A stretch of 58,686 nucleotides of DNA, taken from the IMG/VR virus record IMGVR_UViG_3300045988_070061, positions 1 through 58,686 of that record; one strand, written 5' to 3'. A program made the translations under genes and the position numbers. The stretch is from a virus. Below, piece after piece: positions 35,194 through 43,342 of the stretch. The first letter of the stretch is position 1. Each line of letters starts with the position of its first letter. Below the pieces are notes generated by a model. That model was not told where the DNA came from and made no database searches. It was given only the letters and a program-made list of their open reading frames with translations.

Positions 35194-35600
35194 AGAAGTT
35201 AAGACCGCTGATTCTGTTTGGGATTGGTGGCCTGATTTACGTGCTGATAGAGCTAATAGCAAGAGGACGTAGCCATTGGTCGATGTTCATCGTTGGTGGT
35301 TTGGCGTTCTTCCTTATTGGTTGTATCAACGAAAAATGCCGGAAGATGCCACTGGTAAGGCAGATGTTGATCGGTGCGATTGTGATTACTACATTGGAAT
35401 TTGTATGTGGTTGCATCGTGAATCTATGGCTCGGTTGGAATGTATGGGATTACAGCAATATGCCGTTCAATTTACTTGGTCAGATATGCTTACCATTTAC
35501 CGTAATATGGTTTTTCTTATCGGCAGTGGCGGTTGTCTTGGATGATTGGATAAGACATATATTGTGGGGCGAAGATATACCACATTACAAATGGAGGTAG
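35190..35600 (+). CDS. Polytopic membrane protein (CmpB / putative ABC-transporter type IV-like, 4 TM)
   Basis: 136 aa with four hydrophobic helices, WNVWDYSNMPFNLLGQICL motif, ATGA-coupled to the upstream gene. Confidence 0.5.
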   Translation: MKKLRPLILFGIGGLIYVLIELIARGRSHWSMFIVGGLAFFLIGCINEKCRKMPLVRQMLIGAIVITTLEFVCGCIVNLWLGWNVWDYSNMPFNLLGQICLPFTVIWFFLSAVAVVLDDWIRHILWGEDIPHYKWR

Positions 35601-35603
35601 CGC

Positions 35604-35936
35604 ATGAGAGTATTAAATTTTTGCGTTGATGAACAGAAAATTTCAAAAATGCCCGGATGCGATTTTAGCAATATCGCAAGAGGTAGCTCAGATTACCTCA
35701 AGGTGCATCTATCCGTATCCGATGGTTGGAGCGGATGCGCAAAGGTCGCTGAGTTCTATGATATGTTAGGGCAGCTACGTGAATCTGTTCCCGTAATCAA
35801 TAACGCCTGTACAGTTCCGGCAGTAGTAACCGGCGGTATATTGTGGGGAATCCGTATCGTAGGAGCAAAAGGGAACTACAGAATAACAACAAATAAGTTG
35901 GAGGTGATGCAATCGCGACAACAGAAGAAGCATTAG
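35604..35936 (+). CDS. Tail-tip protein, BppU-N-like (tentative)
   Basis: 110-aa beta-rich ORF with a GGAGGT RBS. Confidence 0.35.
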   Translation: MRVLNFCVDEQKISKMPGCDFSNIARGSSDYLKVHLSVSDGWSGCAKVAEFYDMLGQLRESVPVINNACTVPAVVTGGILWGIRIVGAKGNYRITTNKLEVMQSRQQKKH

Positions 35937-35944
35937 CAGCAGCG

Positions 35945-36907
35945 GTGGTCGAACCGGTCAACGACATTTTTGAAATCGACCCGGAAACCCGTGTGATTAC
36001 AGTCCCGGCATCCGAAAAGCTGTTCGGTGTAGCAAATGATGGGAACTCCGAAAGGAAGCATTTTCGATGTCCAAAAATCGTAGGGGATAACATCGACCTG
36101 TCTACGATGCACCTGTACATCAATTACCAGAATGCCAACGGGCAGAAGTATCCTTATCTGGTAGAGGACATACGGACAGATGGCGACTATATTACATTTT
36201 CGTGGCTGATCGGCCCAGATGTGGTTGCATATAAGGGACAGATTAAGTACATCGTATGCGCCAAAAAGGGAGATGGAACAATTCCGGAATGGAATACCAC
36301 CCTTGCAGAAGGTACTGTACTGGAAGGTCTGGAAGCTACAGATGAGGTGGTGAAACGAAATCCGGATATCATCGAACAGATCTTGACAAGACTTGATAAC
36401 GTAACAGAAATCCCACAGGAAAAGGTAACAGAAGCGGTATCTACCTATATGGAAGCGAATCCAATTAATGTGCCGAAAAACTTATCTGACCTAAAAGAAG
36501 ATGCGGAACACCGTACCGTTACAGATAAAGAGAAACAGTCGTGGAATAACCGACAAGCACTAACAATCACATATGGCGGTAAAACTCACGTCTATGATGG
36601 CAGTGAAGCCATTGCCATCACCATAGAAACAGGCGGTATAGAGCGTATCGAAAAACTTGCTACAGACACCACAGTAACCTTAGAGCCTAACAAACTCTAT
36701 GTATTCCCGGAAATGACATCATTAACCTACACCATCGGAGAGGGAACGGGAGAGATCCATTTTATTTTTAAAAGCGGTGCAACAGCAACAAGAGTAGTGC
36801 ATCCAGCCGGTGTAAATATCGGGAGCTTTACGGTAGATGCTAACAAAATCTATGAGGTGTCGATTCTTGAGGGCTTGCTGACGAGCCAGAATTGGAGCGT
36901 GAGCTGA
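35945..36907 (+). CDS. Baseplate upper-protein-like adaptor (tentative)
   Basis: 320 aa with a GTG start. The N-terminal pattern (VPASEKLFGVANDGNSERKHFRCPKIVGDNIDLS...) recalls BppU-N-type domains. Confidence 0.4.
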   Translation: MVEPVNDIFEIDPETRVITVPASEKLFGVANDGNSERKHFRCPKIVGDNIDLSTMHLYINYQNANGQKYPYLVEDIRTDGDYITFSWLIGPDVVAYKGQIKYIVCAKKGDGTIPEWNTTLAEGTVLEGLEATDEVVKRNPDIIEQILTRLDNVTEIPQEKVTEAVSTYMEANPINVPKNLSDLKEDAEHRTVTDKEKQSWNNRQALTITYGGKTHVYDGSEAIAITIETGGIERIEKLATDTTVTLEPNKLYVFPEMTSLTYTIGEGTGEIHFIFKSGATATRVVHPAGVNIGSFTVDANKIYEVSILEGLLTSQNWSVS

Positions 36908-37386
36908 TGAAACGTAGAAGAATATTAGGGAGTGAGGCAGAAAGTATGATAAATGAAGAGTTTGAATTATTAGGCGAAATTGATGTGTCAAATTTTGCAT
37001 TTGTAAATTCTGTTATGTTTGAAAAGACCTGTGACTGCTCAGAACTGTTGTTGATATGGACAGATATGGAAAATTCGACTAATACAGATTCTGCGGTTAT
37101 GGTAAAGATTAATGATATTGCGGCAGATTGTGGAGCACCTAGAACATCTAAGAAAGGAAGCAAAAAGAACGGATATACATTATATAAATGTTTGAACGGG
37201 TGCGGAACAATATCAGTATCTCATACCGGAGCTGGTAGCAAAACAATGTATAGTGGCAATGCAGGGAATGTTATGATTCCTTACAATTTGATGCCGATTG
37301 CGGAGAAATTTAGGAAAATAAAAATCTACAACGGTGGAACACAATATTATGCAACATCTGGCACTATAAAAGTTTACGGGAGGTAA
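36907..37386 (+). CDS. Small tail-tip paralog 1 (MKRRRILGSEAE...), no repeat tract
   Basis: Its ATG overlaps the upstream stop (TGATG). 159 aa. The N-terminal RRRxL motif is shared with the next two genes. Confidence 0.55.
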   Translation: MKRRRILGSEAESMINEEFELLGEIDVSNFAFVNSVMFEKTCDCSELLLIWTDMENSTNTDSAVMVKINDIAADCGAPRTSKKGSKKNGYTLYKCLNGCGTISVSHTGAGSKTMYSGNAGNVMIPYNLMPIAEKFRKIKIYNGGTQYYATSGTIKVYGR

Positions 37387-37392
37387 GTTGAC

Positions 37393-37521
37393 ATGAAATA
37401 CAGAATAACACACAATCTTGTCAGTCAGTCAGTCAGTCAGTCAGTCAGTCAGTCAGTCAGTCAGTCAGTCGATGATACTGTAGCTGATTCACTCTTGTCA
37501 AGAACGGCGGTGACGATATGA
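37393..37521 (+). CDS. 42-codon leader ORF containing the (GTCA)n tract
   Basis: GGGAGG lies 9 nt upstream of ATG 37393. The TGA at 37519-37521 overlaps ATG 37518 (ATGA). Confidence 0.4.
   Translation: MKYRITHNLVSQSVSQSVSQSVSQSVDDTVADSLLSRTAVTI
37420..37470. repeat. Perfect tetranucleotide repeat (GTCA)12 + GTC
   Basis: 51 nt counted directly. Confidence 0.95.
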
Positions 37522-37976
37522 GCCGCCGGAGAATGATGCTTATGAATGGACAGGAGGAGAATGAGATGAAAGAATGGAAAACATTAGATACCGTTGTTCT
37601 GAAAGAAGATGCGAAAACTATTACAGTCAAAATTCCAGATGCAAATGAAATAACAGTACTATTCTGGGGGAGAGAGAACAACGGTGATGATAGCATTAGT
37701 GGCACAGGAGTGGGGTCTGATGGACTAAGAATAAATGATAAAGGAGTATCAAATTATCCATTGACATATCTGAGGAAAGCAGGAAGTGAATATTATACAA
37801 AGATTACAGCGGAAATTATAAATGGATTTTTGGATGGAACAATATCAAAAAAAGGAAATAATGAACTTGTAGGATTTCAAAATCTTTTGACGAATGTAGA
37901 ATCCATAAAAGAAATATCGCTCGTTACGAACAATTTATTCAAAACAGGCAGTAAAGTAACGGTATTATATCGTTAG
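37518..37976 (+). CDS. Small tail-tip paralog 2 (MSRRRMMLMNGQEENE...)
   Basis: 152-aa ORF with a weak SD of its own, start coupled to the leader ORF. Confidence 0.55.
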   Translation: MSRRRMMLMNGQEENEMKEWKTLDTVVLKEDAKTITVKIPDANEITVLFWGRENNGDDSISGTGVGSDGLRINDKGVSNYPLTYLRKAGSEYYTKITAEIINGFLDGTISKKGNNELVGFQNLLTNVESIKEISLVTNNLFKTGSKVTVLYR

Positions 37977-37995
37977 ATAAGGAGTTGATGTTAAA

Positions 37996-38403
37996 ATGCT
38001 GACAGCACAGCACAGCACAGCACAGCACAGCTTAAGGCGTAGGTTGCTTAATGCACAAGAAGAAACAAACGAATGGCTATATGAAGCTTACCTAACCGAT
38101 ACTGGAGAGTGGTACGGCAAGCGGTGTCCGGCTATTGTATTCAGTGTAAAACAAGGAGAACAGTATTATATCGAATGGAGCAATGTTAGAACACAGAATA
38201 AATACATCTATGATATGCGTAGATGCGGTGGAGCGTACTTGACCTATGTTCCAAATCAGATTGCAGAATCTGGAAGCATTGAGATTGTTATTCCATCAGA
38301 CGGCACACTGTATGTCGGATGTGGTTTCAATAATAAATTTTCTCACGGTGATATCGGTGCTGCTAGCTTCGATGGAGATTATATTCGAATAAGAAAGGAG
38401 TGA
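37996..38403 (+). CDS. Small tail-tip paralog 3 (ML[TAQHS]2LRRRLLNAQEETNE...)
   Basis: 135-aa ORF. The pentanucleotide tract occupies codons 3-12. Confidence 0.55.
   Translation: MLTAQHSTAQHSLRRRLLNAQEETNEWLYEAYLTDTGEWYGKRCPAIVFSVKQGEQYYIEWSNVRTQNKYIYDMRRCGGAYLTYVPNQIAESGSIEIVIPSDGTLYVGCGFNNKFSHGDIGAASFDGDYIRIRKE
38002..38031. repeat. Perfect pentanucleotide repeat (ACAGC)6
   Basis: 30 nt counted directly, inside the 5' end of the 37996-38403 CDS. Confidence 0.95.
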
Positions 38404-38407
38404 TTAA

Positions 38408-39058
38408 ATGCACGCAAAATTACAAAACGGGTGTATTCGGAGTGCACCCAAAACCATTACTTTGGATGGAAAAACAATCAACAATCCGCTCCAGGAAGAA
38501 CTGGAACAGTTAGGATATAAACAGGTGGTGTACACAGATATGCCTGCTGAGGTGACGGATGGCAAGCACTGGGAATCGGAGTGGACGGAGGAAGAGAATG
38601 CGATTAGGCAGGTGTGGACACTGGTAGACGATTACGACTTAGAGCAAATCAGAACTCTTAAGAAAAGTGAAATTTCAGATGCTTGCGAACAGACAATTTA
38701 TAATGGAATTGATGTTGAAATGTCTACAGGAACACAACACTTCTCTCTCACCGAAAAAGATCAGATCAATATATTCGGATTACAAGCAACTATTGAATCC
38801 GGTGAAACACAGATTGAATATCACAGTGATGGCAATCCTTGTATATACTATAGTGTTGAAGATATTCAGAAACTAATTGCTGCTGCAATGGGATTCGTAA
38901 AATATAATACTACATATTGCAATAGCTTAAATGTATGGATTAGCAAAGAAACGAATGCGCAGACAATTAGTGAAATGTATTATGGAATGGAAATTCCAGA
39001 AGAACATCAATCAGAAGTTCTTAAGAACTATATTAGAATTAAAACAAAAGATTTGTAA
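38408..39058 (+). CDS. DUF4376-domain protein (copy 2)
   Basis: ...QHFSLTEKDQINIFGLQATIESGE...YSVEDIQKLIAAAMGFVKYNTTYCNSL... Paralog of 34513-35193. Confidence 0.55.
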   Translation: MHAKLQNGCIRSAPKTITLDGKTINNPLQEELEQLGYKQVVYTDMPAEVTDGKHWESEWTEEENAIRQVWTLVDDYDLEQIRTLKKSEISDACEQTIYNGIDVEMSTGTQHFSLTEKDQINIFGLQATIESGETQIEYHSDGNPCIYYSVEDIQKLIAAAMGFVKYNTTYCNSLNVWISKETNAQTISEMYYGMEIPEEHQSEVLKNYIRIKTKDL

Positions 39059-39182
39059 AAGATGGCGGTATTTTTTACTGCTGTCTTTTTTATTATATAA
39101 ACAGATGGAGGAAACATATGGATATCAGAGCGGGCCCGCAAGGTCTTTTTTATACATATTTTGAGAAAGAGAGACGGAAACA

Positions 39183-39485
39183 GTGAAAGAGTTTTTGATA
39201 AATACTTATACGATAGTTCTTCCTATAGCACTGGGATATATTGTCTGGCTGTTAAAAAATCAGAAAAGAGACAGGGATGCCAACAGCAAAGGAACGATGC
39301 TTTTACTTCGTGTACAGTTGATTGAATATCATAGCAAGTATATGCAGATGGGTGATATCCCGTCTTATGCTTATGAAAATTTCTGCGAGATGTACGAAGC
39401 ATATCATGCGCTCGGTGGAAATGGAATGATAACTAAAATGATGCATGAAATTGAAGAATTGCATTTAAAAAAGAAAGGTGATTAA
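39183..39485 (+). CDS. Membrane-anchored protein of the lysis cassette
   Basis: 100 aa with a GTG start and an N-terminal TM helix, directly upstream of the holin. Confidence 0.4.
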   Translation: MKEFLINTYTIVLPIALGYIVWLLKNQKRDRDANSKGTMLLLRVQLIEYHSKYMQMGDIPSYAYENFCEMYEAYHALGGNGMITKMMHEIEELHLKKKGD

Positions 39486-39487
39486 CT

Positions 39488-39781
39488 ATGGAACAGATTA
39501 TGAATTATGTAAAACCGGAACTGGTAGTAGTGGCAGTTGTACTGTACTTTGTTGGAATGGGGCTGAAACAGTCACAGGCCGTGACAGATAAATATATTCC
39601 GTTGGTTCTTGGAATCATTGGAATTGTGATTTGTGGAATCTACGTGATTGCAACCTGTAGCCTGTCTGGTATGCAGAATATTGCAATGGCGGTATTTACA
39701 GCAGTGGTACAGGGCGTGCTTGTAGCCGGATTAAGTACATATGTGAATCAGATTTTTAAACAGCTTAATAAAGAAGAATAA
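39488..39781 (+). CDS. Holin
   Basis: 97 aa. The pattern VKPELVVVAVVLYFVGMGLKQS...DKYIPLVLGIIGIV...GVLVAGLSTYVNQIFKQ is typical of Firmicute phage holins. Confidence 0.75.
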   Translation: MEQIMNYVKPELVVVAVVLYFVGMGLKQSQAVTDKYIPLVLGIIGIVICGIYVIATCSLSGMQNIAMAVFTAVVQGVLVAGLSTYVNQIFKQLNKEE

Positions 39782-39830
39782 GAGGGTGAGAAATCATCCT
39801 CTTTTTTAATAGATGAAAGGAGAACTCATT

Positions 39831-40889
39831 ATGGGATGGACAGAATATGAGAAGAAATTAAAGGAATGGTACGGATATAGCGAAGCAAAGAACCAGGATG
39901 ATATTATCATCGACATTTACAACAAACAGCGTCCGGCTGGTTCCTACAAAATGACACATACAGACCCTTGGTGCCATGCAACAGTATCAGCAGCAGCTTA
40001 CGCTTCTGGAAATGCCGGTAAGGTACCAAATACCTGTTATTGTCCGACAGGTATTAATATATGGAAAAAGTGGGGCAAATGGGTAGGACGTTACACTAAT
40101 GCGTACAACCCACAGCCGGGATACATCATCTATTATGACTGGAATAAAGACCTGATTTCCGACCATGTTGGAACCATTATTGCACGAAACGGAAACATTT
40201 TGACAGTTAGAGAGGGAAATCGAAATGATATGCTCTGTGACCGTCAGATTAACGCAAATTCACCGTTGATTATTGGATATGGTATTCCAGACTGGGGTGG
40301 AGCAACAAAAGCACCTGTAGTGACAGTTCCGACACATGAGGAAACTAAACGTACATGGTTACAGATTGGAGATGCCGGAGCAGAAGTCAAGGATGTACAG
40401 AACAAGCTTATTGCTATAGGTTATTCATTACCTTCCGGTGCAGACGGGAAATACGGAAAAGAAACCTATACGGCTGTTAAGAAGTTCCAGCATAATGTAA
40501 ACATCAAAGAGGATGGTCTGGCCGGTGAAGTAACACGTGCAAAATTGAACAATGCTTACAACACACGATCAGCTGCGAAAGCAAATAATTCATGGGTTGC
40601 TAGATTACAGGCTGCCTGCAATGCACAGGGATTCTCAAATCAGAGAGTTGATGGAATTGCCGGACCGAATACATTAGCTGGCTGCCCGACATTAGGAACT
40701 GCTTCAAAAGGTTCTATCACAAAGCTTGCACAGGAACGTCTCAATGCACTTGGCTACAATTGCGGATCCGCAGACGGCAAAAACGGGCCAAAAACTCAAA
40801 AAGGAATTAAAGCATTCCAGAAAGCAAAAGGTCTTCCAGCGAACGGAATCGTCGATAGAAAGACGTGGAAAGCATTACTCGGGCTGTAA
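39831..40889 (+). CDS. Endolysin: CHAP-like amidase/peptidase plus peptidoglycan-binding repeats
   Basis: PWCHATVS...DHVGTII catalytic Cys/His context. Three PG_binding_1-like repeats (e.g. DGKNGPKTQKGIKAFQKAKGLPANGIVDRKTWKAL). Confidence 0.75.
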   Translation: MGWTEYEKKLKEWYGYSEAKNQDDIIIDIYNKQRPAGSYKMTHTDPWCHATVSAAAYASGNAGKVPNTCYCPTGINIWKKWGKWVGRYTNAYNPQPGYIIYYDWNKDLISDHVGTIIARNGNILTVREGNRNDMLCDRQINANSPLIIGYGIPDWGGATKAPVVTVPTHEETKRTWLQIGDAGAEVKDVQNKLIAIGYSLPSGADGKYGKETYTAVKKFQHNVNIKEDGLAGEVTRAKLNNAYNTRSAAKANNSWVARLQAACNAQGFSNQRVDGIAGPNTLAGCPTLGTASKGSITKLAQERLNALGYNCGSADGKNGPKTQKGIKAFQKAKGLPANGIVDRKTWKALLGL

Positions 40890-40925
40890 GATTTAACAAT
40901 AAAATACTTTAGTCTATTATATAAT

Positions 40926-40948
40926 CCTTGTAAAATATAATTACAAGG
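40926..40948. promoter_or_regulatory. Palindromic operator CCTTGTAA-N7-TTACAAGG
   Basis: 8-bp inverted repeat just upstream of the 40959 HTH gene. Confidence 0.45.
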
Positions 40949-40958
40949 ATGTGATCAT

Positions 40959-41159
40959 ATGGAAGAATTCGCAAAGAAGATAAGAAAATTAAGAATGAGT
41001 AGAACCATGTCTCAAAAAGATCTCGCAGATCTGCTTAACGTTGACCGAACTACGGTTGCTGGATGGGAGACAAAAGATCGTATGCCAGATGTGTTTCTGC
41101 TTGTCAGAATAGCAGATATATTTGATACAACCTTGGATGAATTGGTAGGGAGAGAATAA
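40959..41159 (+). CDS. XRE-family HTH protein
   Basis: KIRKLRMSRTMSQKDLADLLNVDRTTVAGWE helix-turn-helix. Confidence 0.7.
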   Translation: MEEFAKKIRKLRMSRTMSQKDLADLLNVDRTTVAGWETKDRMPDVFLLVRIADIFDTTLDELVGRE

Positions 41160-41164
41160 AAGCA

Positions 41165-41193
41165 TTGAAAAATGTCCTATACTAAAGTATAAT
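41165..41193 (+). promoter_or_regulatory. Promoter of the MiaB-like fragment
   Basis: TTGAAA-17 nt-TATAAT. Confidence 0.55.
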
Positions 41194-41227
41194 ATTATAA
41201 CATTATTGTTGGAAAGGACATTGAAAA

Positions 41228-41440
41228 ATGCTTAATAATTCAAATGAAGAATTCGAAAAAAAGTTAGAACAAATTGACATAAACAAAGAACCGCCGGCGG
41301 ATGATACCGAAAGACAGTATTATTTTATCAAAAAAGCAAGAAAATATGTAAAGGAAGAGTCTGAAAAATTGGGGCGCCCCCTTTTCTTTGCTACCGTAAC
41401 CTTTGGTTGTCAGATGAACCCGGTAATAGAGAATTATTAA
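41228..41440 (+). CDS. miaB: 5' fragment of a MiaB-family methylthiotransferase gene (first ~64 codons, ending right after the TFGCQMN motif)
   Basis: ...RQYYFIKKARKYV...GRPLFFATVTFGCQMN, then unrelated PVIENY*. TFGCQMN is the first Cys motif of the UPF0004 domain of MiaB/RimO-type enzymes. Confidence 0.55.
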   Translation: MLNNSNEEFEKKLEQIDINKEPPADDTERQYYFIKKARKYVKEESEKLGRPLFFATVTFGCQMNPVIENY

Positions 41441-41500
41441 GCATTTATATTGAACATACAAAAGCCCCGAAAGCATTGATTTTCCGGGGCTTTTTTGCTA
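41405..41500. other. Predicted attP region
   Basis: The gene fragment diverges from the MiaB pattern at ~41420, and the serine integrase gene ends at 41498. The crossover core is not identified. Confidence 0.35.
41462..41497. terminator. Bidirectional terminator
   Basis: AGCCCCG/CGGGGCT stem flanked by A-run and T-run, between convergent genes. Confidence 0.6.
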
Positions 41501-43216
41501 TCTGTATAATAATGTGTGGGTTAATCCATTCTTGAAAACAATCTCTGTAATATGCCTGTCCATAACTGTGATATGGTCAATAATGGAGTTCATAAGTGTT
41601 TTCATTGCTTCTTCATCCATCATTGCGAGTTCGGAATACTCTATATTCCCACCACTGTTAATTTTGTGCGAGATAAGGAATTGAGATGCGGACTTAATGA
41701 ATGCTGCCTGATCAACATTTTCTGAGATAGAAGATGAGTCTAGGCTCTTAATGCTATTTCCCAATTTCACCTTATCAACCTCTAATTTTGTTTTCATTTC
41801 AAGAAATTCTTTTTCGTCCATTGCATCATCATCGAAGAGGTATGCCTTTTTCAATCGCTCCAAAGCACGATCTGTTTTTTGGAGTTTTTCTTGCAGCTCT
41901 TTTTTCTTTTCCGCTGTATCAGTATTTTTACCATCTTTACTAACTGGTTTACCAGATAAAGTTTCTGTACCGGAACGACCATATAGCAAATCAATTGTAT
42001 CCTGTAAGCTTGATTCAGATATTCCGGCCACGTCTGTGAAATCAATATGAGAGAGTATAACTCTTTCCAATGATTCAGTATCTTTGATGAATCTCCTACT
42101 TTTAGATGCATCAATAATAGCTGCTATATAATTTATCATGAACGGACCAATCTTTACATCGCTGACATTCAAGTTATCGCAATGTTTTTTCTGGTACTTG
42201 CCGGTGCAAGCGTAAGATGATGGTCTGAATCCATTTCCTCTACGCCCATCTTTGGATGTTACTTGATAGTTTGAGCCACATTTTCCACAAACTATTAATC
42301 CGGCAAATACATTACATCTTTTTCGTATCGGGTGGAAAGCAGAAGTATTTCTCTTTTTGCAATTCATATCCATCCTACGGTTGACTTCATTCCATATTTC
42401 GGGATCAACCAAAGGTGGAAATACGCCATCCATATAGATAACTTCTTCATCAGATTTTCTTTTGCCTCTTGCACTTTCCCTATAGTTGTAGCGATAGTCG
42501 CCTTTATTGATCGGATTCCGCAGAAAATCAGCAACAGTCTTAGATGTCCATTCGCCACCTCGCTTGGTCGGAATGTTATGAGAGTTATTATAATCCCGGA
42601 TAGTAACAGATGAACCACCGTCCAAATACATCTGGTACATGGCTTTAGCATAAGGAGCTTCTTTCTTGGAATGTACGGGGCGTTTATTTTCTTCGTCCCA
42701 GTCCCAACCGTAAGGAACTCTTGCGCCATTCCATTGTCCGCTTTGCGCTCTGCCTATCATTACGTCTGTAACACGCTCAGACGTCAATTTACGCTCTAAT
42801 TCGGCGAACACCAGTATAATCTTAAGCATAGCTTCCCCCATTGCGCTAGATGTATCAAATTGCTCGTTCAGCGAGATGAATGTAACATCATTGCGCTTGA
42901 AATTATCATACATAATAGAAAAATCTACCAAGTTACGTGAGATACGATCTATTTTATATACGATCACATGAGACACAAGTCCGGCTTTTACCTTTTCCAT
43001 CATTCGCTCAAATGCCGGACGTTTGGTGTTCTTGCCAGATTTACCTGCATCCTCAAATATTTCAATTCGTTTTTTATCAATGTGTAGCACGTGTTCGCAA
43101 TATGCTTTCAATTCCTTTTTCTGGAATGGAAGAGAGTCTTTGTCGACCTGATATCCTGTTGATACACGGACATACAGTGCCACTATTTTTTCTTTCTGAT
43201 TCGTCATTTTATTCAT
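41498..43216 (-). CDS. Large serine recombinase (integrase)
   Basis: 572 aa. VALYVRVSTGYQ catalytic-serine motif, resolvase domain, recombinase domain, CGKCGSNY zinc ribbon, coiled coil. Confidence 0.9.
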   Translation of the reverse strand: MNKMTNQKEKIVALYVRVSTGYQVDKDSLPFQKKELKAYCEHVLHIDKKRIEIFEDAGKSGKNTKRPAFERMMEKVKAGLVSHVIVYKIDRISRNLVDFSIMYDNFKRNDVTFISLNEQFDTSSAMGEAMLKIILVFAELERKLTSERVTDVMIGRAQSGQWNGARVPYGWDWDEENKRPVHSKKEAPYAKAMYQMYLDGGSSVTIRDYNNSHNIPTKRGGEWTSKTVADFLRNPINKGDYRYNYRESARGKRKSDEEVIYMDGVFPPLVDPEIWNEVNRRMDMNCKKRNTSAFHPIRKRCNVFAGLIVCGKCGSNYQVTSKDGRRGNGFRPSSYACTGKYQKKHCDNLNVSDVKIGPFMINYIAAIIDASKSRRFIKDTESLERVILSHIDFTDVAGISESSLQDTIDLLYGRSGTETLSGKPVSKDGKNTDTAEKKKELQEKLQKTDRALERLKKAYLFDDDAMDEKEFLEMKTKLEVDKVKLGNSIKSLDSSSISENVDQAAFIKSASQFLISHKINSGGNIEYSELAMMDEEAMKTLMNSIIDHITVMDRHITEIVFKNGLTHTLLYR

Positions 43217-43342
43217 CCTCCTTAAAATTAAGTATAAAAATAACAGCCAGCAAAGAACAAACGTTCCGCTTGCGTGACTGCCTTATGGATGATATACTGT
43301 CATTGAAACATCTTGACATTATCCCCCATAAGGTGATGTCAG

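Noticed and set aside
38931-39164. 77-aa ORF spanning the end of the DUF4376 gene and the following gap
   Set aside because: It is out of frame with and overlaps a supported gene, has no RBS, and its translation is low-complexity.
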